Assembly (NCBI GenBank): GCA_046306335.1
Contig: JBKDXM010000150.1
Coordinates: 30,641-94,640, forward strand
Direction of reading: 5' to 3'
Length of the DNA: 64,000 bases
Source of the DNA: Planctomycetota bacterium
GTDB lineage: Bacteria; Planctomycetota; UBA1135; UBA2386
Part shown: positions 46,626-57,200 of the stretch, in pieces
Position numbering within the stretch: position 1 is the stretch's first letter
Layout: each line of letters begins with the position of its first letter
Notes under the pieces: model-generated
Seen by the model: the letters and a program-made list of their open reading frames with translations, nothing else
What the model was told of the DNA's origin: nothing
The model's database searches: none
Position numbers and translations under genes: made by a program

Positions 46626-46873
46626 CGGCAGCGTCCGCTGCGCGCCTCGCCGCACGCAGCGCCTCGACACGACCCGCCCCGACCACGTCGCGGCGGGTCG
46701 TCGTGTATTCCGGCCTGCCGGCCACGGTGCAAGTCGCCGCGAACTCCGGAAGATCCGTTGCGACCGGAGGCAGGCCTGCTACCGTCTCGCGCGCGCTGGC
46801 TTGGTCTCCGGCGCGTGTCTGCTGGTCACGGTCGCCCCGCACCGAGCAAGCGGGGCAGTTCACAGGGCGTTCC

Positions 46874-47932
46874 ATGCTGAAACCGGTCGAATGGATGTTG
46901 CGCGGCTTCTCGGTCGATCTGGGCATCGACCTCGGCACCGCGAACACGTTGGTGTTCGTTCGTGACAAGGGCATCGTCCTCGACGAGCCGTCCGTCGTCG
47001 CCGTGCGCAAGGGTTCGAGCGAGGTGCTGCTCGACGGCATGGCCGTCGGCGACGCCGCGCTCGAGTACCTCGGCCGCACGCCGCCCGGCATCCAGGCGAT
47101 CCGGCCGATGAAGAGCGGCGTCATCGCCGACTTCGAGATCACCGAGAAGATGCTGCGCTACTTCATGACGAAGGCGTGCGGCGGCAGGAAGTGGGTCAAG
47201 CCGCGTCTCGTCATCGCCGTGCCGTGGGGCATCACGATGGTCGAGAAGCGCGCCGTCATCGGCAGCGCCGAGCGCGCCGGCGCGCGGCGGGTGTTCCTCG
47301 TCGACGAGCCGACCGCGGCGGCGATCGGCGCCGGCCTGCCGGTGCACGAGCCGCGCGGCTCGATGATCGTCGACATCGGCGGCGGCACCAGCGAGGTCGC
47401 CGTCATCTCGCTGGCGAACGTCGTCATGGCCGAGTGCCTGCGCGTCGCCGGCGACGACTTCAACGACGCGATCACGCAGTACATCCGCAACAAGTACAAC
47501 CTGCTGATCGGCGAGATCACGGCCGAGCGCCTGAAGATCGCGGCCGGCAGCTGCCTGCCGATGGAGGACGAGATCGAGGTCGAGGTGCGCGGCCGCGACA
47601 GCCTCGTCAACCTGCCGCGCCGCGCGGTCATCACCTCGGCCGACGTGCGCGAAGCGCTGCAGGAACCGGTGCGCAAGGTCATCGGCGCGATCAAGTCGGT
47701 GCTCGAGCGCACGCCGCCGGAACTTGCGGCCGACCTCGTCGACTCGGGCATCACCCTGTGCGGCGGCGGTTCGCTGCTGCGCGGCCTGCCCGAGCTGATC
47801 TCGCGCGAGACCGACCTCGACGTGCGCGTCGCCGAACGGCCGCTGGAGGCCGTCGCGCGCGGCACCGGCATCTTCCTGGAGAACCTGGAGCTGTACTCGC
47901 AGTTCCTCGAAGGCGGCGAAGACCTCGCCTGA
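46874..47932 (+). CDS. mreB: Rod shape-determining protein MreB
   Basis: DLGIDLGTANT, EPSVVA, RP...GVIADF, EP.AAAIGAG, VDIGGGTSEVA, IGE.TAE.LK, TPPEL..D, GGG.LL.G. Confidence 0.96.
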   Translation: MLKPVEWMLRGFSVDLGIDLGTANTLVFVRDKGIVLDEPSVVAVRKGSSEVLLDGMAVGDAALEYLGRTPPGIQAIRPMKSGVIADFEITEKMLRYFMTKACGGRKWVKPRLVIAVPWGITMVEKRAVIGSAERAGARRVFLVDEPTAAAIGAGLPVHEPRGSMIVDIGGGTSEVAVISLANVVMAECLRVAGDDFNDAITQYIRNKYNLLIGEITAERLKIAAGSCLPMEDEIEVEVRGRDSLVNLPRRAVITSADVREALQEPVRKVIGAIKSVLERTPPELAADLVDSGITLCGGGSLLRGLPELISRETDLDVRVAERPLEAVARGTGIFLENLELYSQFLEGGEDLA

Positions 47933-47999
47933 CCGTTTCCGTCCGTCGGCACGGCGACCCAGCAGATGCCGCGCCCGCCGCGTTAGCGACGCTCGCGCC

Positions 48000-49361
48000 A
48001 TGGCGAAGAAGTCCTCCGCGTTCCCCGTCGGGCTCTACGGCGCGCTGCTGGTGGCGCTGTGCGCGCTGACCCTGCCCGGCGCCTTCCAGCCGGTCGAACG
48101 CGCCCTGCTCGGCGCTGTCGCCCGCATCAGCCGCGCCGCGGCCGCGCTGGCCGGCGAGCCGGTCGGAGCCACGGCCGCGGCCACGGCCGTCGACGACCAG
48201 CGCAGCGCGCGCTCGGCGGACGTGGTGCACCGCGTCGCGTCGCACCACGTCGCCGGCGCGCCGGCCGAGCTGGCCGCCCGCCATGGTCCGGTGCATTGCC
48301 GCGTGCTCGCCGTCGGCGGCCGCGGCGGCGGTGGCGGCGCGCCCTGCGAACTGCGGCTCGACCGCACCTACGCCGACCTCGCCGACGGCCTGCCGTTCGT
48401 CACGCAAGGGGAGTGCTTCGTCGGCTACCTGGCGCAACCCGGCGGCGCGGGCGCGCCCGACGACGTCGTCAGCGACCTCGCGCGCGTGCTGTTGCCCAAT
48501 CATCCCCTGGCACTGCCGCTGCACGCCGAGGTGGAACTCGCCGCGACGAGCCGACTGCGCGTCGTCGTCCGTCCTGCCGCCGCCGCCGATCCCGCGCCGG
48601 TGCGGGTCGACCTCTGGGACGATCCCTACGCGGCGGCGCGCATGGACCGCGCGCTGCTCCCCGTGCGCACGCGCGCCGTGGCCGGCTCGGCGTCGCCCGT
48701 GCCGGGCGGTCTGCGCCTTGGCACGACGCGCATCTGGGGCTACGCGCGCACCGGCGACGACGAAGCGCTGACGCTGGGCGTCTTCGTCGCGCCGGAGCCG
48801 AGGGCGTCGGCGCTCAGCCACGTCGTGGCGTGGCGACGCGACGCCGCCGGGGCCGGCGCCGAACCGGCGCTCGCCGCCGAGTTCGCGCCGGGCGTCGTTC
48901 GCCAACTGCCCGGCATGGCCGGGGGGCGCTTCCTGCTGGTCGCCGACGGCGAGGTGCCCGATGGCGCGGCCGTCGTGTGCGCTGGCGCCCTGCTCGGCGT
49001 CGCCAAGCCGCTGGCCTTCGGCTCGGGTCTCGTCACCGCCTTCGCGGTGTCACGGCAACCGTGGACCTTCCTGCTGGCGCCGGACGGCGGCGACGCGCCG
49101 CCGATCGAACTGCGCGGCGCCGTCGTGCGCGCTGCGGGCGGACAGGCGTGGGTGCGCGTGCTGGGCGACCATCTGGCGGCCTCGCCGCTGCCGGCGACCG
49201 GCGAGTTGTTCACCGGTTCGAACGGCATGCACTGCCCGGCCGGGCTCTCGATCGGCCGCTGCCAAGCGGACCCGCAGGACCTCAACCAGCTCGTCATCAC
49301 CTTGCCGGCGCTGCATGGCCTGGCGGCGGCGCGCTGGTGCGCCAAGGGGCGGCGGTCATGA
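48000..49361 (+). CDS. mreC: MreC-like protein, divergent and apparently internally duplicated
   Basis: Follows mreB, has an N-terminal TM, and carries MreC-like motifs twice (DGLPFV...FVG...VPGGLRLG and DGAAVV...LLG...TGSNG.HCPAGLSIG). Confidence 0.6.
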   Translation: MAKKSSAFPVGLYGALLVALCALTLPGAFQPVERALLGAVARISRAAAALAGEPVGATAAATAVDDQRSARSADVVHRVASHHVAGAPAELAARHGPVHCRVLAVGGRGGGGGAPCELRLDRTYADLADGLPFVTQGECFVGYLAQPGGAGAPDDVVSDLARVLLPNHPLALPLHAEVELAATSRLRVVVRPAAAADPAPVRVDLWDDPYAAARMDRALLPVRTRAVAGSASPVPGGLRLGTTRIWGYARTGDDEALTLGVFVAPEPRASALSHVVAWRRDAAGAGAEPALAAEFAPGVVRQLPGMAGGRFLLVADGEVPDGAAVVCAGALLGVAKPLAFGSGLVTAFAVSRQPWTFLLAPDGGDAPPIELRGAVVRAAGGQAWVRVLGDHLAASPLPATGELFTGSNGMHCPAGLSIGRCQADPQDLNQLVITLPALHGLAAARWCAKGRRS

Positions 49362-49837
49362 CTCGCTGGGTCGCATGGTTCCTGCTCGCGCCGCAGGCGT
49401 ATCTCGTGGCCGGAGTCTGGCGCGACTGCGGGCTGCCCGCCTTCGACGTGGGCGTCCTGTGGTGCCTCTTCCTCGCGTTCTTCGCCGAGCGCCGGGCGCT
49501 GCCGTGGCTGCTGCTCGGCGTCGCGCTCGGCCGCGCGTTGGTCGACGACGCGTCGCTGGCGCTGCAGGTGCTCGTGCTCGGCGTTCCGGTGGCCGCAATG
49601 CTGCCGTTGCGGCTGCTGCTGCACGGCCAGCGCTGGCCGCAGCTCGCGTTGGCCGCTGCCGGCGTCGCGCTGACGCTGCCGCGCCTCGCCGGATTGCTCG
49701 GCGGCTGGTTTGCGCAGCCGTCGGCGAGCGCGCAGTCCGATTGGCTGGTCGTCCTGTGGACGGCGGTCTTCGCCCCGCCGCTGCTGGCGTTGGCGCGCCG
49801 ATTGCCGCCGTGCCGCGGCTTCGTGGAGGCAGCTTGA
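49358..49837 (+). CDS. mreD: MreD-like membrane protein
   Basis: 159 aa, about 5 TM helices, P.FD and G...D motifs. Lies between mreC and pbp2 with overlapping stop/start codons. Confidence 0.62.
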   Translation: MTRWVAWFLLAPQAYLVAGVWRDCGLPAFDVGVLWCLFLAFFAERRALPWLLLGVALGRALVDDASLALQVLVLGVPVAAMLPLRLLLHGQRWPQLALAAAGVALTLPRLAGLLGGWFAQPSASAQSDWLVVLWTAVFAPPLLALARRLPPCRGFVEAA

Positions 49838-52182
49838 GCGACGCCGCCAATCCGACCTCGACACGCGCGCGCATCGGCGTCCTCGGCGCGGTCTTCGGAC
49901 TCGCGTTCGTCGTGCTCGCCGTGCACCTCTGGAACGTGATGGTGGCCGACCACGTCACGTGGTCGCGCCGCAGCGTCGAGAACCGCTGGGCCTTCCACTC
50001 CGTGCCCGCCCGCCGCGGCGCCATCTACGACCGCAGCGGCGCGCTGTTGGCGGTCGACGAAGCGACGACCGAGCTGACTCTGCTCTACGCGCGCTTCCGC
50101 CTGCGGCATCCGGTCGGCGCGGCGGTGCACGGCGCGACCAAGTGGGCGGGTTGCCTGCCGCAGCAGGCGGGCCTGGTCTACGACTACGGCACGGGCGCGC
50201 TCGGTCCGGCGGACGCCGTGCGCGACCTGCTGGCGATGCCGGCCGCGGTGCTGCGGCCCCGCGTGCTGCCGCGGCAGCTGGCGAGCGAGCTCGCCTCGGC
50301 CACCGCGACCGTGCTCGCGCATTGCTCCGGCCAGACCCGCGCGCGCGTGTTCACGGCCCTGCGACAGGCGGCGATGGCCGACGACGGCCGCTGCGTCGGC
50401 GACGTGCTCGCCATGCCGCGGGCCGACGTGCTCGCCCGCTTCGACCGGCTGTGGCGGGAACTGCGCGAACTCGATGCGCGCCTGCTCCGATCCGCGGCGA
50501 CGCAGCCGGGCCGCCCGCTCGGGGCCGACGATCGCAGCGGCCTGATCGCGACCCTCGAAGCCCTGCGGCCGCGCAGCCTCGCCGGCGAGCGCGTCCGGTG
50601 GGAGGAGCCCGACCCGGCCGATCCGTCGAAGACCGTCGAGAAGAAGGGCAGCAAGGTCGAGGACGTGCGCGTGGTGTTCGCGACGCGCGTGCCGTTCGAC
50701 CTCGCCGCCGAGTTGCGCGTCGACGCCCGCAGCCAAGCGGGCATCGACGTGCAGCCGACGTTGGCGCGCCGCCGGGCAGTGGCGGAGGACTCGGCCCTCG
50801 CGGCCCTGCTCGGCGTCGTCGATCGCATCGACCGCACCGTGCCGAGCAAGGAGTGGCTCGACACGCTCGTCGACGCGCGCCTGCCCGACGAGTGGCTCAC
50901 CGACGTCGAGTTGCCGGCCGAACTCGACGCCGATGGCGGCCGCGAACGCCTCGTCCTGGCGTCGGTCGACCACTACAAGCGCGAGGCCCTGCTGCGCGAA
51001 CGGCGCGGCCTATCGGGCATCGAACGCGAGTTCAACGGCACGCTGACCGGGCGGCTCGGCGTGCGCTTCGCGGCGCACGACAGCCGCCGCCGCGAGCAGC
51101 AGTTGCTGGAACACCTCCAGGTCGAAGCCGGCGGCGACGTGCGGCTGACGCTCGACCTGTCACTGCAGCGCGTCGCCGAGTCCGCGGCGCGCACGGCGCA
51201 CCGCCGGCAGGCGTTCGGCGACGCCCTGGATCGCGTCCGCACCGAGGCGGCCCTGGTCGTCGTCGACGCGCGCACGGGCGACGTGCTTGCCTATGCCGGC
51301 GCGCCGGTCAGCACGCCGTGGGCGCGCAACCTCGCTGGCATCGAGTGGATCGGCAACGGCTCGGTCGGCTCGCTCGCCAAGCCGTTCCTGCTGGTCGAGC
51401 AGTTGAAGGCCGAGGCGATGGGGTGGACGCACCGGCCCTTGGCCGGCTTCGAGGCCTGCAACGGTCGCAACTGCGGCGGGCACGCGCACTGGGACGGCGG
51501 CAAGGACCCGGTCGAGGCGCTGGCCGAGTCGTGCAACTCCTTCTACTACCAGTCCGGCATCGGCCTCGGCGAAGACGGCGTGGCGCGCGCGCTGCGGCGG
51601 TTCGGTCTCGCGCCGGCGGCGGCCGGCGATCCGTACGCCGCCTGCTGGCAGCCGGCGGTCGCCGGCATCCCGGCGCCGGCGCCGGTCCGCGACGTCGAGC
51701 GCACGGCGCTGCCGCAGCGCGCGGTCGGCTACGGTCTGCAGGCTTCGCCGCTGCACGTCGCCCGCGCCTATGCCGGCCTCGCCACCGGCTGGCTCCCGAC
51801 GCTCGGGGTGACGCCCGGCGCTCGACCGCGCGTGCCGCTCGACGACGTCGTGGGCGAGGTCGCCCTGGTCGAGCGCGGACTGCGCGCGTGCGTGCAGACC
51901 GGCACCGCGCGGCGGCTGCGCCGCCTCGACGAACTCGGCGTCTGCGGCAAGACCGGCACCGCCGAGGTCGGCCGCGGCGGTGAGAACAACGCCTGGTTCG
52001 CCGGCTACCTGCCGCCGCTCGGCGACGAGGGCGTGCAGATGTGCTTCTGCGCCGTCGTGTACTGGGTGCAGGACGCGGTCCACGGCGGCGAGGCAGCCGG
52101 CCAGCTGGTCGTCGACTTCCTCGCTGCCGTCGAGCAGGACCCGGCCCTGCGCCGGCGGTTCCTGGCGGAGGTCGGCCGATGA
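49834..52182 (+). CDS. mrdA: Class B penicillin-binding protein (PBP2/MrdA-like)
   Basis: TM, P.RRG.IYDR.G, G.SGIE, LTLD..LQ, SxxK (GSLAK), SxN (SCN), KTG (GKTGTAE), AWFAGY. Confidence 0.85.
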   Translation: MSDAANPTSTRARIGVLGAVFGLAFVVLAVHLWNVMVADHVTWSRRSVENRWAFHSVPARRGAIYDRSGALLAVDEATTELTLLYARFRLRHPVGAAVHGATKWAGCLPQQAGLVYDYGTGALGPADAVRDLLAMPAAVLRPRVLPRQLASELASATATVLAHCSGQTRARVFTALRQAAMADDGRCVGDVLAMPRADVLARFDRLWRELRELDARLLRSAATQPGRPLGADDRSGLIATLEALRPRSLAGERVRWEEPDPADPSKTVEKKGSKVEDVRVVFATRVPFDLAAELRVDARSQAGIDVQPTLARRRAVAEDSALAALLGVVDRIDRTVPSKEWLDTLVDARLPDEWLTDVELPAELDADGGRERLVLASVDHYKREALLRERRGLSGIEREFNGTLTGRLGVRFAAHDSRRREQQLLEHLQVEAGGDVRLTLDLSLQRVAESAARTAHRRQAFGDALDRVRTEAALVVVDARTGDVLAYAGAPVSTPWARNLAGIEWIGNGSVGSLAKPFLLVEQLKAEAMGWTHRPLAGFEACNGRNCGGHAHWDGGKDPVEALAESCNSFYYQSGIGLGEDGVARALRRFGLAPAAAGDPYAACWQPAVAGIPAPAPVRDVERTALPQRAVGYGLQASPLHVARAYAGLATGWLPTLGVTPGARPRVPLDDVVGEVALVERGLRACVQTGTARRLRRLDELGVCGKTGTAEVGRGGENNAWFAGYLPPLGDEGVQMCFCAVVYWVQDAVHGGEAAGQLVVDFLAAVEQDPALRRRFLAEVGR

Positions 52183-53357
52183 CGGACTTCCCGCTGTCGT
52201 CCGGCAAGCGCCGGCTCGACGTGCTCGGTGACGTCGATGGCTGGCTCGTGCTGGTCACCGCGGCGTTGTGCCTCTGCGGCATCGTCTTCATCGGTTCGGC
52301 GACGCGCGACGACCCGGTCTTCCACGAGCAACAGGCGCGTCAGGCCTTGTTCGTCGCCTGCGGCTTCGGCATCGGCTTCTTCGTGCTGCTGCCGCACTAC
52401 GTGCACGTCCTGCGCGGCGCGTGGCTCTGCTACGGCGTCGTGGTCCTGGCCTTGTTGGGGCTGCCCTACTTCGCGCCGGAGATCAACGGCGCCCGCCGCT
52501 GGTACGCGCTGCCGGGCTTCTCGGTGCAGCCGAGCGAGTTCGCCAAGCTCGCCGTCGTGCTGGCGCTCGCGGCGCTGCTGCGCTTCAAGGCCCGCGCGCG
52601 CACCTTCGACGGCCTGTTCGTGCCGATGCTCGTCGCGGGCGTGCCCGCCCTGCTGGTGCTGCGGCAGCCCGACCTCGGCAGCTCGCTGGTCTTCGGGCCG
52701 GTGCTGCTGGCGATGTGCTACGCCGCCGGCGCGTCGGCGCGCAGCATCCTGCTCGTCGTCCTGTTCGGACTCGGCGTCGCCGCCATTGCGTACGTCGAAC
52801 TGCTGCACACGTACCAGCGGGACCGGGTCGACGTGTGGCTCGACCATTGGCGCTGGGACGAAACGAACCTGGGCACCTTCGACGTGCGCGAGAAGCTGCG
52901 CGGCGACGGCTTCCAGCCGTGGCAGGCGCTCATCGCGCTCGGCGGTGGCGGTCTCTACGGCGCCGGCCTGGGCCACGGTCCGCAGAACCGCTTCGACTTC
53001 CTGCCGTACCGCAGCGAGGACTACTTGTTCGCGGTCGTCGGCGAGGAGGTCGGCTGGCTCGGCGCCATGGCCGTGCTGGGCCTCGTCGCCGCGCTCGTCA
53101 CCATGCTGTTGGCGACCGCGATGCGCACCCGCGAACGCTTCGGGCGGCTCGTCTGCGTCGGCGTCGCGACGTGGCTCGGCACGCAGTCGCTGATCCACGT
53201 CGCCGTCTGCGGTTGGCTGGTGCCAGCCACCGGCCTGCCGATGCCGTTCCTCAGCTACGGCGGCAGTTCCGCCCTCAGCGCGCTGCTCGGCGTCGCCGTG
53301 TGCGTCAACATCGGCGCCCGCCGCGAGCCGGTGCTCGCCGGCGACGGCTTCACCTGA
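52179..53357 (+). CDS. rodA: SEDS family peptidoglycan glycosyltransferase RodA
   Basis: NGARRW, QPSEFAK, QPDLG, YQ..R, G.G.GP, FLP....D..F.V..EE.G, P.TGLPMPFLSYGGS. Confidence 0.93.
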   Translation: MTDFPLSSGKRRLDVLGDVDGWLVLVTAALCLCGIVFIGSATRDDPVFHEQQARQALFVACGFGIGFFVLLPHYVHVLRGAWLCYGVVVLALLGLPYFAPEINGARRWYALPGFSVQPSEFAKLAVVLALAALLRFKARARTFDGLFVPMLVAGVPALLVLRQPDLGSSLVFGPVLLAMCYAAGASARSILLVVLFGLGVAAIAYVELLHTYQRDRVDVWLDHWRWDETNLGTFDVREKLRGDGFQPWQALIALGGGGLYGAGLGHGPQNRFDFLPYRSEDYLFAVVGEEVGWLGAMAVLGLVAALVTMLLATAMRTRERFGRLVCVGVATWLGTQSLIHVAVCGWLVPATGLPMPFLSYGGSSALSALLGVAVCVNIGARREPVLAGDGFT

Positions 53358-53380
53358 GCGCCGTCAGCGTCGCGCGCAGC

Positions 53381-54223
53381 TCACCTGCCGCCGCCGCTGC
53401 CGCCCGCGCCGCTGCCGCCCGCGCCGCCGGCCTGCTTCTGCTTCAGGTAGGCCTCCCAGTACTTGCGGAACTTCTCGGGCACGTCCGGGGGGCGGCTGCC
53501 GCGGTTCTTCAGGAAGTTCATGTACGGCTGTAGGTCGCCCCAACTGCCGTCGCCCGTGCCCTGTGACGCTGGCCCGGTGCCGCCGTCGTCGGGTTTGCCG
53601 CCGGGTCGGTTCTGGCCGCCGTCCTTGGCCTCCTGGCCGCCCTCCGGCTTGCCGTCCTGGGGCTGGCCCTGCGGCTGCTGGCCTCCCGGCTGTTCGCCGG
53701 GTTGCGGCTGTTGCTGGCCTTGCTGCTGGCCGGGCTGCTGACCGGGCTGTGGTTGCTCCGGTTGGCCTTCCTGGCCGTCGCGCTTGCGTTGGTCGACGAG
53801 GTCGGGCGTCTGGTTCTCGCGGCGGTTGCGCTGCTGGCCCTGCTGCTGGCCCTGCTGCTGCTGTTGTTGCCGTTGTTGCTGTTGCTGCTGTTGTTGCGGG
53901 TCCTGGGACGGGTCCGACTGTTCGTCGGGCGAGCCGCTGCCGCCCTGGCTCTTCATCTTGTTGAGCTTGTCGATCAACTCGTCGATGCCGCCTTCGACGG
54001 CCTCGCTCTGCCGTCCGGCCTGCTGCAACAGTTCCTTGGGCTTGGCCCGTTCCTGGCCCTTGCGGCCGGACTCGAGCAGCAGCCGGTCGATCTCCTGCAG
54101 CTGCGTGTCGATGCGGCGCGCGATCTCCTGGATCTCGCGCATCGCCTCGGGGTCCTGCGCGCGGGCGAACGTCGCCGGCAGGGTCGCTGCCAGCAGCGCC
54201 AACGTGATGCGGATCGGGTGCAT
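53381..54223 (-). CDS. Hypothetical exported Gln/Gly-rich protein
   Basis: Signal peptide ending ARA-Q, helical N-domain, poly-Q/QQPG linker, C-terminal WGDL...VPEKFRKYWEAYLK. Confidence 0.75.
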   Translation of the reverse strand: MHPIRITLALLAATLPATFARAQDPEAMREIQEIARRIDTQLQEIDRLLLESGRKGQERAKPKELLQQAGRQSEAVEGGIDELIDKLNKMKSQGGSGSPDEQSDPSQDPQQQQQQQQRQQQQQQGQQQGQQRNRRENQTPDLVDQRKRDGQEGQPEQPQPGQQPGQQQGQQQPQPGEQPGGQQPQGQPQDGKPEGGQEAKDGGQNRPGGKPDDGGTGPASQGTGDGSWGDLQPYMNFLKNRGSRPPDVPEKFRKYWEAYLKQKQAGGAGGSGAGGSGGGR

Positions 54224-54228
54224 GGTCT

Positions 54229-57200
54229 TCAGCGGCCGCGGCCGCCCTCGGGTTCCTGGCCTTCCTGCTGCTGCATCTGCTGCATCGTCTCCTCGACGCC
54301 GGCCTTGATCTGCTGGAACAGCTTGGTGATCTCGCCGTGCCGGTGGGCGAGGCGTTCGATGAGCGCGGTCTCGGCCTCGCTGATGGTGGCGTCGCCGCGG
54401 GCCTCGACCAGCGTGCGCAGGTTGTCGGTGGCGGTCCGCGTGTCGACGCCGAGCTTCTTGAGCATCTCCAGCTCGGCGATCAGCGAGACCAGCTTCTTGC
54501 GCTGCTGGTTGAAGCGGTTGCGGCCGCGGTCCTGTTGCTGTTGTTGCTGCTGTTGTTGCTCGTTGCGCTCCTGTTCGCGGCGCTGGCGCTCGCGTTCGAG
54601 CGCGGCGAGCAGGTCCTCGGTCCGGCGCTCGACGTCGCCCTGCAGCATCGTGGTGAACGAGCCGACGTCGGGGCGCCTGCCCGCGAGCCGGCGCGCGACC
54701 TCGCGCAGGTCGTCGACGTTGGCCTTGAGCACTGCCTGGTAGACGAGGTTGCCCTCCTCGGTCAGTGCCTGCACCAGGGCCGCGAGCTTGCCGGCGAGGT
54801 CCTGCTCCTCCTCGCCGAGCTGGTTGGCCTTGCTGCGCATCGCGCGCGACAGGCCGTCCGCCGTCGCCGACTTCGCCGCCTCGGCGGTCTGCGCGGTGAT
54901 CGGCCGCTGGCGCTCCAGGAACGTCGTCAGCTCGTCGGCCATGCGGAAGAGCAGTTCCTCCTGCCGCAGGTCCTGGTAGCGATCCTCTTCCTGCTCCAGT
55001 TCCTTCGCTGCCTCGTCGAGCTTCTGGCGGGCCTCCTCCTGGCGCTGCTGCGCCTCCTCCATCTCGCCCTGCTCCATCGCGCGACGGGCGCGATCGGCGG
55101 CGTCCGCGGCCTGCTGCGCCTTGCGTTCGGCGGCCTGCGCCTGTCGCTGCTTGAGCTGCTCGGCGAGGCGGACGATGTCCTCCTGCAGCTGCCGCTGCTG
55201 CGCGGCTTCCTGCTGCACGCGTTCGCGCTTGGCCGCGTCGACGGGGCGGTTGCGGTCGAGCGCCGTCATCGCCTGCTGCAACTCCTCGGCGGCCGCCTGC
55301 TGTTCGGCCGCCGCGCTCGCCTGCTGGCCCTGCTGCAGGCGCTCGCCGGCGCGCTGCATGCGGTCCATGGCCTGCTGGACCTGCTGGGCGGCCTTGTCGC
55401 GCTGCTCGTTGGTGATCGCGCCCTCGCTCGCTGCCTGTTGCATCTGCTGGCGCGCGGCGTCGGCCTGCTGCCGCAGTTCCTCTTGGCGTGCGGCGGCTTG
55501 CTGCATGTCGGGCGTGCTGTTGGCGCTCGCCTGCTCCAACGCCTGTTGCAGCGCCTGCTCCGCCTGCTGCAGCGCCTGCCGTGAGCGCGCCGCCGCCTGT
55601 TCGCGCCGCTGCGCCTCGTTCGGTTGCGGCTGGCCCTGTTGCGGTTGGCCCTGTTGCGGCTGGCCCTGCGGACCCTGTCCCGGTTGCGCTTGGCCTTGCC
55701 GGCCTTGCTGCCCTTGCGGTGCCTGGCCCTGCGGCGACGGCGCGGACTCGGGCGAGCCGGTCGGCGGCTCGCTGACGTCGCGCAGCGCCGATTCGGCGGC
55801 TTGCAGCAAGTCGCTGGCCTGCTGCTCGGCGGCCTCCGCGTTGGGCGCGTTGCGCAGTTCCTGGCCGGCGGCGCGCGCTTCGGCCGCCATGCGGGCCGCG
55901 TTCAGGTCGGCGTCGGGGTTCTGTTGCTGCTGACGCGCCCGCGCCCGATCGAGGGCGGCCAGCGCCTGCTCGGTCGTCTGTTGCGCCTTCGGCAGGTCGC
56001 CGGCGGCGGCCGCCGTGGCGGCCTCCGCGAGGCGCTGCTGGGCTTCGGCGACCGCGGCGGCGGGGGAGGCCTCCGGCGCGGTCGCCGGCGTCTCGCCGGT
56101 GCGCATGCGGTCGGCGAGGCGCTCGGCGCCCTGCTGCAGCTTGCCGGCGGCGTCGGCGTTGCGGCGCGCGGCCTCGGCGGCGCGCGCGGCCCCGACCTCG
56201 GCGCCCTTCTGGCCGAGTTCCTGCAGGCGCGTGCGCTCGGCCTCGGTGGCGCCGTTGCCGGCGGCGCGCAGCGACTCCTTGAGCGCGGTCCACTCCGGAT
56301 CGCGGGCCTTGCCCTCCGACGTGCCGCCGCGGCGCGGCGCCTGTTGCAGCTTCGCTTCCAGCGCGTCGCGGGCGCGTTCGACGGCGGCCTGGTCGGAGCC
56401 GGCGGCTTGCTGCTGCAACTCGCCGGCAGCGGCGCCGAGGTCGAGTTGCCGCTGCTGGTCGCGCAGTTCGGCCTGCAGTTCGCGGGTGCGCTCCGCCAGT
56501 TCGCCGAGGTCGAACTCGCGCGCCTTGGCCTCGCCGCGGCGGCCGGCCTTCTCGTCGGCGAGGCCCTGCTCGAGGCGCGCCTGGTCGCGCAGAAGTTCGC
56601 GGACGCGCTGCAGCCCGCTCTCCAAGAAGGGCCGTCGCGTGCCGGCCTGCCGGGAGTTGGCGTCCGCCTCGCGGCGCTCGGCGTCGCGCAGCTGCTGCAG
56701 CGCGTCGAGCAGCCGCTGTTCGCCCGGCGACGGCGGCGATTGCATCGCCTCGGCGGTGCGATCGCGCAGCGCCCGCTGGCGCTCCTCCAGTTCCCGCGCC
56801 GAGCGCGCCTGCTCGGCGACCTGCGCGAGGTCGGCGTCGAGGCTCGCCATCGACTTGCGTTCGAGCAGGATGTCGATCAGGCGTTCGAGGTCGGTGACGA
56901 CTTCCTTCTGCTTGCGCAGCGCCTCGGCGTAGGCGCTGGCGGCGATGTCGTCGCGGATGCCGGCGACTTCACGCAGCATGCCCGATCGTTCCAGGTGTGC
57001 GACGCCCTCCTGCAGCAGCTTGACCTGCTCGGGCTTCTGTTCGCGCTCGTAGCGCTGCTGCAGGCGCTGCATCATCCCGTGCAGTCGCTCGGCCTTGCGC
57101 AGGATCTCTTCCTGGTCGCGGCGCAGCCGCTCCATGGCTTCCGGGTCCTGCTGCGCCGGGCCCTGCTGTGCTGGCGCCGCCGCCGCCGCGAGCGCGAGCA

